From positions 1 to 64,000 of the forward strand of contig CAXULY010000006.1 of assembly GCA_964252075.1 (NCBI GenBank): a stretch of DNA of 64,000 nt. Reading direction: 5' to 3'. How positions within the stretch are numbered: position 1 is the first letter of the stretch; every line of letters begins with the position of its first letter. This document shows positions 56,659 to 64,000 of this stretch, piece after piece. The notes below the pieces were generated by a model. It was given only the letters and a program-made list of their open reading frames with translations. It was not told the DNA's origin and made no database searches. The translations under genes and the position numbers were made by a program. Source of the stretch: an uncultured Deinococcaceae bacterium. Its GTDB lineage: Bacteria > Deinococcota > Deinococci > Deinococcales > Deinococcaceae.

Positions 56659-57797
56659 CGCCCGACCTGGCTGCGTTCCGCGCGCACTTCCCGGGCCTGG
56701 GCGCCTACGTGCACGCGAACAACTGCTCGCGCGGCGCCATGAGCGTGGACGTGGAGGCCGCCGCGGCCGAGTACTTCCGCTCGTGGCGGGAGGGCGGCTC
56801 GCCGTGGGGCACGTGGATGGGCGTGTGGGAGGACGCCCGCGCCGCGCTCGCCGCCCTGATTGGCGCCGCCCCGGAGTGCCTCGCGCTGACGGACAGCGCG
56901 AGCAGCGCCCTCGCGCTCGCGGTGCGCGCCCGCCCCCCGCGGGCGGGCGCGGTGGTGATCGAGGAGCGCAACTTCCCGAGCGCCTTCTACCTCGCGGACG
57001 CCCTGCGCCGCGACGGCTACGAGGTGCGCTTCACCGCCGACGCGCCCGGCGACACGCCCCTGGAGCGCGCGCGGGCGGCGCTGCCGGGCGCCGCGCTGCT
57101 GGTCCTCGCGCACGTGAGCTTCCAGACCGGGGAGCTCGTGGACCCCGCCCCGTACGTGGCGCTCGCCCGCGCGCACGGCTGCGAGGTCGCACTGGACGGC
57201 TACCAGGCGCTGGGCGTGGTGCCGACGGACGTCGCGGCGCTCGGCGTGACGTACCACCTGAGCGGCAGCCACAAGTACCTGCTGGGCACCGAGGGCTTCG
57301 CGTTCCTGTACGCCGCGCCCGGCAGCGGCGAACCGCACGCGCCCGGCTGGATGGCGGCGGACGACCCGCTCGGCATGGACCTCATTCAGCGCGACCTCAG
57401 CCCCGACGCGCGGCGCTTCGAGACGGGCACGCCGAACGTGCTGGGCGCCTACGCCTGCCGCGCCGCGCTGCGGCTGCTCGACAGCGTGCCGGTGGAGGCG
57501 CGCCTCGCGCAGGTGCGCGCCTGCGTGGCCACCGTGCGGGACGCCTGCGACCGCTCTGGCCTGCAGGTCGCGACGCCCGCCGACCCCCAGCGGCACGCCG
57601 CCATGATCGCCATTCACGCGCCGGACGCCGCGCGCACGGCGGCTGCCATGCACCAGGACGGGCTGCTCGTGAGCGCGCGCGGTCCGGTGCTGCGCGTGAG
57701 TTTCCACGCGTACAACACCCTCGACGAGGCCGAGCGCCTCGCGCGCTGGGTGCGCGCGCACCCCGAGCACTTTCAACCCGTGAAGGAGTCCGCATGA
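56655..57797 (+). CDS. Class V PLP-dependent enzyme (kynureninase / cysteine desulfurase-like)
   Basis: NFPS, HVSFQTG, DGYQALG, SHKYLLG (PLP Lys), RFETGT, RVSFHAYN. Confidence 0.88.
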   Translation: MTPDLAAFRAHFPGLGAYVHANNCSRGAMSVDVEAAAAEYFRSWREGGSPWGTWMGVWEDARAALAALIGAAPECLALTDSASSALALAVRARPPRAGAVVIEERNFPSAFYLADALRRDGYEVRFTADAPGDTPLERARAALPGAALLVLAHVSFQTGELVDPAPYVALARAHGCEVALDGYQALGVVPTDVAALGVTYHLSGSHKYLLGTEGFAFLYAAPGSGEPHAPGWMAADDPLGMDLIQRDLSPDARRFETGTPNVLGAYACRAALRLLDSVPVEARLAQVRACVATVRDACDRSGLQVATPADPQRHAAMIAIHAPDAARTAAAMHQDGLLVSARGPVLRVSFHAYNTLDEAERLARWVRAHPEHFQPVKESA

Positions 57798-58903
57798 AGC
57801 AACACGTGCTCGTCATCGGCGCCGGCATCATCGGCGCGTGCATCGCCCTGGAACTCACGCGCCGGGGGCAGCGCGTCACGCTGCTCGAAGCGGACGCGCC
57901 CGCCAGCGGCATCACCCGCTGGTGCCCGGGCGGCGTGCGCCAGCAGTGGGGCAGCGACCTGAACACCCTGCTGGTGCGGGACAGCCTGCCGTTCTTCGAG
58001 GGCATCGCGGCGCTCGACGAGGCGCTGCACTTCGAGCGCTGCGGGTACGTGTTCCTGGGGTACAGCGAGGCGGGCGCCAGCGCCGCGCGGCAGCTCGTGG
58101 AGCGCCAGCAGCGCCTCGGCGTGAACGCGCAGCTGATCGGCGAGGACGACATGCGCGCCCTGTGCCCGAGCGTCGTCACGGACGGCCTGATCGCCGCGAG
58201 TTACGGCCCGGACGACGGCTTCGTGAACGACCCCGTGCGCCTCACGCGCGCGGTGGTGCGCGCCGCGCAGGAGGGCGGAGCGCAGCTGGTGCAGGGCCGC
58301 GCCGAGGGGCTCATCACCGATGACGGCCGCGTGCTGGGCGCGCTCACCGCCCGCGGTCCCCTCACGGCGGACGTGACGGTCCTCGCCGCCGGGCACGGCG
58401 CGCGCGAACTCGCCGCGAGCGTCGGGCTGGATCTGCCGCTGCACCGCGAGGAGCGCCGCCTGCACTACCTGAGCGGCGCGCCCGACGGGTACTGCCGCCC
58501 CTTCCTCGCCGCGCAGGACCAGCGCTGGGCGGGCAAGCAGCTGGACGACGCCTTCTACATGAGTTACCTCGGGGAGCTCCCCGAGGACGACGAGGCTTTC
58601 AAGGCCCTCACCTTCCAGCACGGCGCGCGCGTCCTGCGGGACCTCGGACAGCTGACGAGCACGCACGTCGTGCACGGGTATTACAGCTCCACGCCGGACT
58701 TCCAGGCGATCGTGGACGCGCCCGCCAGTCACCCCGGCCTGGTGCTGAGCGTGGGCTTCAACGGCAATGGCTTCATGATGGCGCCCGCCAACGCCACGCT
58801 CGTGCACGCCCTCACGCGGGGTGACGCGCCCGGGTACGACCACCGCGATTACCTGCTGGACCGCTTCGCACACCAGGTGCAGGTGGAGACGGCGGTCATC
58901 TGA
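57794..58903 (+). CDS. FAD-dependent amine/amino-acid oxidoreductase (DAO / sarcosine oxidase beta-like)
   Basis: IGAGIIG, GGVRQQ, DG.VNDP, TPD, GFNGNGFMMAP. Confidence 0.9.
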   Translation: MKQHVLVIGAGIIGACIALELTRRGQRVTLLEADAPASGITRWCPGGVRQQWGSDLNTLLVRDSLPFFEGIAALDEALHFERCGYVFLGYSEAGASAARQLVERQQRLGVNAQLIGEDDMRALCPSVVTDGLIAASYGPDDGFVNDPVRLTRAVVRAAQEGGAQLVQGRAEGLITDDGRVLGALTARGPLTADVTVLAAGHGARELAASVGLDLPLHREERRLHYLSGAPDGYCRPFLAAQDQRWAGKQLDDAFYMSYLGELPEDDEAFKALTFQHGARVLRDLGQLTSTHVVHGYYSSTPDFQAIVDAPASHPGLVLSVGFNGNGFMMAPANATLVHALTRGDAPGYDHRDYLLDRFAHQVQVETAVI

Positions 58904-59361
58904 TGCTGACCTTCGCCTTCGAGGCGGGTGAGCTGCGCGCGCAGCTTGACGCGCACCTCGCGCCGCAGACCTGCGCGGCGCTGCAGGACGCCCTGCGGTC
59001 ACCCGTGGCGGTGCGCGTGCGCCACGCGATGTTCACTGGCCCGGAGATGTCCATGCAGCTCCCCCCCGACCGGTACGCGCCGCTGCTGGAGGTGCCGCAG
59101 GAAGCGGCCGTCATCATGCCGACCGTGGGACAGGTGCTGTTCACGGTGCTGCCCGCGCGCGTGTGGCCGGGCAGCGCGGGCGCCATCCTCGACCTCGGCA
59201 TTTACTACGGGCCGTACGGCCGCACCTTCTTCCCGAGCGGCTGGCTGCCCGGCAACGCCTTCGCGCACATCGTGCCGGACGACCACGAACGCATGGCGCA
59301 GCTCGGTCGGTCCCTGCTTGAGCGCGGCGCGCAGGACGTGACCCTGCGCACCGGGGACTGA
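58903..59361 (+). CDS. DUF3830 (cyclophilin-like) protein
   Basis: APQTC, HAMFTGPE, IYYG, GNAFA; TGATG coupling. Confidence 0.78.
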   Translation: MLTFAFEAGELRAQLDAHLAPQTCAALQDALRSPVAVRVRHAMFTGPEMSMQLPPDRYAPLLEVPQEAAVIMPTVGQVLFTVLPARVWPGSAGAILDLGIYYGPYGRTFFPSGWLPGNAFAHIVPDDHERMAQLGRSLLERGAQDVTLRTGD

Positions 59362-59518
59362 GCCGGTCAAGCGCCGCCGCGCGGCCACCTGGGCTCGTCC
59401 GCAGTGAATAATGGCCCCAGCGAAACCCGACGGTGCAGGGCCGCCCCACAGCCCGAGCGGCGCGCCCTGCACCTTTCGCTGCGTTCCCTCCACCCCTCAC
59501 CCCTCCCGGAGGACCACC

Positions 59519-61078
59519 ATGCACCGACCCCTGCTCACCATGGCCGCGCTCACCGCCACCCTCCTCACCACTGCGGCGACCGCGCAGACGGGCGGCACCC
59601 TGCGCATCGCGTACAGCGCCATCAAGCAGCTGGACCCCTACAAGATCGTCGCGGACGACGAGCTGAACGTCACCTCGCAGATCTTCGACACGCTGGTGTA
59701 CACCGACCAGAAGGTGCAGGCGCGCCCCCTGATCGCCACGAGCTGGAAGACCCCAGACAGCACCACGTGGGTGTTCACCCTGCGGCGCGGCGTGAAATTC
59801 CAGGATGACAACCCGGTCTTCGCGAAAGGGCAGGGGCGCGAGGTGGTCGCGGACGACGTGGTGTACTCCATCAACCGCTTCCTGAAGACCAGCACGCTCT
59901 TCACGCTGGGGGACGTCAAGAGCGCCCGCGCGCTCGGGAAGTACCAGGTGGAGATCAAGACCAGCAAACCCAACCCCTTCCTGGTGAGCGACCCGAACCG
60001 CCTGGCGCGCATGGCGATCGTGCCGCACGAGGGCATTGAGAAGCTCGGCGAGGAGGGCTTCGCGAAGGCGCCCATCGGGTCGGGGCCCTTCAGGCTGCGG
60101 CCGTACACGCCAAACGGCACCATCACGCTGGACCGCAACCCCAACTACTGGCTGCCCACCAAGCTCGCGCAGGTGCAGTTCGTTTACCTCCCGGACCCCA
60201 CGGTGGCGACGCTGGCCCTGCAGGGCGGGCGGGTGGACGCCATCTCGTACCTGCTGAACGTGGATTCCGCCACGCAGCTCGCCACGCAGCCGAACGTGAA
60301 GCTCATCGAAGGTGCCGGCTCGTACCGCGGGCTGGGCTTCAACGTGCGCACCGCGCCCTTCGATGACTTCGCGGTGCGGGACGCCATCTCGAAAGCCATG
60401 GACATCGACAGCGCGTACAAGTCGGTGCTCGGCACGAACGCCGTGCGCGCCTACGGGCAGGTGCCACCCTGGGTGCCGTTCGGCTACGACCCCACCCTGA
60501 AAAACCTCTGGAAGTACGACCCCGCCGCGGCCGCCGCGGAACTCACGAAGGCCGGGTACGCGAAGAACAGCGCGGGCTTGTGGGCGAAGGGCGGCAAGCC
60601 GCTGTCGTTCGACCTGAAGACCATCGCGGGCTCGCAGGTGCGGGTGCTGACCGTCCTCGTGACGCAACTCAAGGAGTTCGGCATTGACGCGCGCATCCTG
60701 CAGCAGGACGTGGCGGTGTGGGCCTCGGACCTCGGGAAGGGCAACAACACCGGGTTGTTCTTCGATTACAGCTTCGCCGCGACGACCGGCCTGTACTCGC
60801 TGTTCGGCAGTGACAACATCGACTCCACCAACACGCACTTCTACAAGAACGCCGCGGTGGACGCGCTGTTCGCGAAGGCGCTCAGCAACCCGAACGCCGC
60901 GCAGCGCGCCACGCAGTGGAAGCAGGCGCAGCGCCAGATCATGAAGGACCGCGCCGCGATCCCGCTGTACTTCGAGAAGGGGTACTCCGTGGTGGGCAAG
61001 AACGTGCAGGACTTCTACCCGGCCTTCGCGAACCTGAAGCTGGTGTCGCCCAGCAACAACGTCTTCATTGCGCCCTGA
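59519..61078 (+). CDS. Peptide ABC transporter substrate-binding protein (family 5)
   Basis: Signal peptide; IFDTLV, LRRGVKFQD, ADDVVYS, PIGSGPF; GGAGG RBS. Confidence 0.93.
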   Translation: MHRPLLTMAALTATLLTTAATAQTGGTLRIAYSAIKQLDPYKIVADDELNVTSQIFDTLVYTDQKVQARPLIATSWKTPDSTTWVFTLRRGVKFQDDNPVFAKGQGREVVADDVVYSINRFLKTSTLFTLGDVKSARALGKYQVEIKTSKPNPFLVSDPNRLARMAIVPHEGIEKLGEEGFAKAPIGSGPFRLRPYTPNGTITLDRNPNYWLPTKLAQVQFVYLPDPTVATLALQGGRVDAISYLLNVDSATQLATQPNVKLIEGAGSYRGLGFNVRTAPFDDFAVRDAISKAMDIDSAYKSVLGTNAVRAYGQVPPWVPFGYDPTLKNLWKYDPAAAAAELTKAGYAKNSAGLWAKGGKPLSFDLKTIAGSQVRVLTVLVTQLKEFGIDARILQQDVAVWASDLGKGNNTGLFFDYSFAATTGLYSLFGSDNIDSTNTHFYKNAAVDALFAKALSNPNAAQRATQWKQAQRQIMKDRAAIPLYFEKGYSVVGKNVQDFYPAFANLKLVSPSNNVFIAP

Positions 61079-61120
61079 CATGCCGCGACGCCTGACCGTG
61101 CACCGTGGTGGGCTCAGCGC

Positions 61121-62074
61121 ATGCTGACCTACGTCGTGAAGCGCGTGCTGCTGATGCTCCCGGTGCTGCTGGGCATCAGCTTCATCACCTTCGCGCTGCT
61201 GGCCTTCGCGCCCGGCAATTACCTGAGCCTGGCGCTCAGTTCCGGCGCCGTGAACCCCGAGGGGCTCGCGCGCATCAAGGCGGAGCTCGGCCTGGGTGAG
61301 CCGTGGTTCACGCGGTACCTGCTGTACCTCGGGCACCTGCTGCGCGGCGACCTGGGGAACTCCATCGTGTTCGGCCTGCCGGTGGGCGGGCAGATCCTCG
61401 CGGCGCTCCCGAACACGCTGGTGCTGGCCCTCACGGCGCTGCTGTTCGCGCTGGTGGTGGCGCTCGTGGCGGGCGTGCTGGCCGCCGCGCGCCCGAACTC
61501 CGTGGTGGATTACGTGGCGTCCGTGCTGAGCGTGCTGGGCGTCGCCATGCCGAGCTTCTGGCTGGGCCTCCTGCTGATCGTGCTGTTCAGCCTGCGCCTG
61601 CACTGGCTGCCGCTGGGCGGCGGCGGCCTCGGGAACCTCGCGGGCGGCCTGTGGCCGTTCCTGAGTTACCTGATCCTGCCGACCGTGACGCTCGGCGCGG
61701 AACTCACCGCGATCCTGACGCGCCTCACGCGCAACACGCTGCTGGACGTGCTGAACGAGGACTACATCCGCACCGCGCGCGCCAAGGGCGTCGGGTACCT
61801 CACGACCCTCTACAAGCACGCGCTGCGCAACGCCGCGCTGCCGCTCGTCACGACCGCCGGCCTGCAGTTCGGCGGCCTGCTGGGCGGCGCCGTCATCATC
61901 GAAACGATCTTCTCGTGGCCGGGCATGGGGGTGCTCACCATCAACGCCATTCAGCAGCGGGACCTCCCCATGATTCAGGGCGCGGTGCTGGTCTTCGCGG
62001 CCTTGTTCGTGCTGGTGGTGCTGCTCACCGACCTGCTGTACTCGCTCATCGACCCGAGGATTCAGTATGAGTGA
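61121..62074 (+). CDS. Peptide ABC transporter permease (DppB-like)
   Basis: GDLGNS, DYIRTARAKG, HALRNA, ETIFSWPGMG. Confidence 0.93.
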   Translation: MLTYVVKRVLLMLPVLLGISFITFALLAFAPGNYLSLALSSGAVNPEGLARIKAELGLGEPWFTRYLLYLGHLLRGDLGNSIVFGLPVGGQILAALPNTLVLALTALLFALVVALVAGVLAAARPNSVVDYVASVLSVLGVAMPSFWLGLLLIVLFSLRLHWLPLGGGGLGNLAGGLWPFLSYLILPTVTLGAELTAILTRLTRNTLLDVLNEDYIRTARAKGVGYLTTLYKHALRNAALPLVTTAGLQFGGLLGGAVIIETIFSWPGMGVLTINAIQQRDLPMIQGAVLVFAALFVLVVLLTDLLYSLIDPRIQYE

Positions 62075-62960
62075 GGGGGTCATGGCGCGGCGCGCACCCG
62101 GCCGGCCCGCCGCGCGCCGCGCGTGGCGGCACTTCGCCCGCAACCGCCTGGCGGTGGTGGGCGCCGCGGTGATCGCGCTGTTCTACCTCGCGGCGCTCCT
62201 CGCGCCGCTCGTGGCGGGGCACGACCCCCTCAAGCTGGACCTCGCGCACGCCTTCGCGCCGCCCGGCGCGGGCGGGCACCCGCTCGGGACGGACAACTTC
62301 GGGCGGGACATCCTCGCGCGCCTGATTTACGGCTCGCGCATCTCCCTCACGGCGGGCCTCCTGGTGGTCGCCATTGCGGCCGCCATCGGCACGGCGCTGG
62401 GGTTGCTCGCCGGGTACCTGCGCGGCTGGGTGGACGTGCTGATCATGCGCCTCGTGGAGGTGTTCTTCGCCTTCCCGTTTCTGGTGCTGGTCGTGGCGGT
62501 CATCGCGGTGCTCGGCCCGAACATCGTGAATGTCGTGTGGGTGCTGGGGCTGGTGAGCTGGCCCATCTACACGCGGCTGGTGCGCGCGCAGGTGCTGAGC
62601 CTGCGGCAGCGGGACTTCGTGGAGGCGGCGCGCGCCACGGGGTCCGGCCCGGCGCGCGTGATGCTGCGGCACATCCTGCCGAACAGCCTGACGCCCATCG
62701 TCGTCACCGCGACCTTCGGCGTGCCGCAGTCCATCCTGGCGCTCTCCGCGCTGGGCTTCCTGGGTCTGGGCGTGCAGCCCCCCACGCCGGAGTGGGGCAC
62801 CATGATCAACGAAGGCAAGAACTACATCCTGCAGACCCCGCTGCTGATCCTGTGGCCGGGCCTCGCCATCATGCTGGTCGTGATGGGCTTCAATTTCCTC
62901 GGGGACGGCCTGCGTCAGGCCCTCGACCCCCGCAGCGGCCTCACGGGAGGAGCATCATGA
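62067..62960 (+). CDS. Peptide ABC transporter permease (DppC-like)
   Basis: HPLGTDNFGRD, DFVEAARATG, HILPN, PEWG. Confidence 0.93.
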   Translation: MSEGVMARRAPGRPAARRAWRHFARNRLAVVGAAVIALFYLAALLAPLVAGHDPLKLDLAHAFAPPGAGGHPLGTDNFGRDILARLIYGSRISLTAGLLVVAIAAAIGTALGLLAGYLRGWVDVLIMRLVEVFFAFPFLVLVVAVIAVLGPNIVNVVWVLGLVSWPIYTRLVRAQVLSLRQRDFVEAARATGSGPARVMLRHILPNSLTPIVVTATFGVPQSILALSALGFLGLGVQPPTPEWGTMINEGKNYILQTPLLILWPGLAIMLVVMGFNFLGDGLRQALDPRSGLTGGAS

Positions 62961-64000
62961 CCGCCATTGACCCGCGCCTGGAACAGGTGCCGCACCACGA
63001 CCGCTTCCTGACGGTGGATGAGCTGTTTGCCCGCGCGCGCGAGGTGGCGCGCGAACACCCGGACCTCGCGACCTGCCGGGACGTGGGGCGCTCCACGGAC
63101 GGCGCGCCCATCCCCATGCTGAGCATCGGGCATGGGCCGCGCGCGGCGCTGCTGTACGCCTGCCCTCACCCGAACGAACCGATCGGCGCGATGCTGGTGC
63201 ACCACCTGATGCACGCCCTCATCGAGGACGAGGCGCTGCGCGGGGACTTCACGTGGCACCTGCTGCCCTGCGTGGACCCGGACGGCACGCGGCTCAACGA
63301 GGCGTGGTTCAGGGGGCCCTTCACGGTGCGCCATTACGCGCGGCACTTCTACCGCCCGCGCGCCGAGGAGCAGGTGGAGTGGACCTTCCCCGTGCAGCAC
63401 AAGCGCTACACCTGGGACACCCCCATTCCCGAGACGCAGGCCCTCATGCAGGCCCTGCAGGACACCCGGCCGGAATTCGTGTACGCGCTGCACAACGCGG
63501 GTTTCGGTGGCGTGTACTACTACCTCAGCCACGACCGGCCCGGCGCGTACCCGGCCTTCCACGGGCTTCCCGAGGCGCTGGGCCTGGTGCTCACGAAGGG
63601 CGAGCCGGAGGTGCCGTGGGCGGAGCAGCACGCGCCCGCCATCTTCGGGATGCTGCGCGTGCCGGACGCCTACGACTACTACGAGCGCTTCACGGACGCC
63701 GACCCCGCCACGCTGATGCACGGCGGCGGCTCCAGCAGCGATTACCTGCACGCGCTGGGCCTGGGTGACACCGTCATCCTGATCACCGAACTGCCGTACT
63801 TCCAGTCGCCGGCGGTGTCCGACGAGACGGAACTCCCCACCTCGCGCCGCGAGGTGCTGCTCGCGGGCCTCGACCACGGCGCGGGCATCAACGCGGCGCT
63901 GATGGGGATTCTGGCGCGCGTGCGGCCCGAGATGACCCTCGACTCCCGCTTCTGGCGCGCGTCGCACACCTTCATCGAGCAGGGCGGACCGGCCATCGAG
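62957..64000 (+). CDS. M14 zinc carboxypeptidase-like protein, 3'-truncated by the window edge (missing from the ORF track)
   Basis: Manual translation from ATG 62957 (GGAGG RBS, ATGA overlap): MTAIDPRLEQ...GRSTDGAPI...CPHPNEPIG (HxxE)...DPDG..LNE...QVEW...ALHN. Confidence 0.85.
   Translation, partial: MTAIDPRLEQVPHHDRFLTVDELFARAREVAREHPDLATCRDVGRSTDGAPIPMLSIGHGPRAALLYACPHPNEPIGAMLVHHLMHALIEDEALRGDFTWHLLPCVDPDGTRLNEAWFRGPFTVRHYARHFYRPRAEEQVEWTFPVQHKRYTWDTPIPETQALMQALQDTRPEFVYALHNAGFGGVYYYLSHDRPGAYPAFHGLPEALGLVLTKGEPEVPWAEQHAPAIFGMLRVPDAYDYYERFTDADPATLMHGGGSSSDYLHALGLGDTVILITELPYFQSPAVSDETELPTSRREVLLAGLDHGAGINAALMGILARVRPEMTLDSRFWRASHTFIEQGGPAIE

Noticed and set aside
1..64000. tRNA, rRNA, CRISPR arrays, transposases, integrases and prophage genes
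   Set aside because: None recognised by eye; short RNAs or MITEs could be missed without tRNAscan, Infernal or a repeat search

Overview
Very GC-rich (roughly 70% by eye) bacterial chromosome segment, almost certainly Deinococcus. The evidence is a perfect RDRM/DdrO operator, many leaderless TAnnnT-N5-7-start promoters and typical gene content. About 60 genes fall into these blocks: (1) 1-2.9 kb, tail of a peptidase operon; (2) 4.0-12.2 kb, an RDRM-controlled SWIM / DUF5691 / MoxR-AAA / DUF5682 / VWA operon (ddrTUVWX-like) with an extra SMI1/KNR4 gene inserted; (3) 15.6-27.3 kb, a patchy accessory region rich in nucleic-acid end-healing and repair genes (Pnk-like kinase, ligase plus HD-Pnk, UDG-like, DUF72, NucS) and two decayed genes; (4) 27.4-32.5 kb, a GH18 lipoprotein and a GGDEF/HD-GYP pair; (5) 32.7-44.7 kb, an island of copper-binding and secreted proteins whose promoters share one rigid unannotated architecture, (C/G)AATCA-N5-(C/G)AATCA-N12-TAnnnT, found six times, which is the most novel-looking signal here; (6) 44.8-64 kb, a large peptide-scavenging locus built around head-to-head duplicated 388-aa M24 peptidases, a palindromic operator, an XRE-cupin regulator and two peptide ABC importers. 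I saw no rRNA, tRNA, CRISPR array or intact IS element. All family calls come from recognising motifs by eye, not from database searches.
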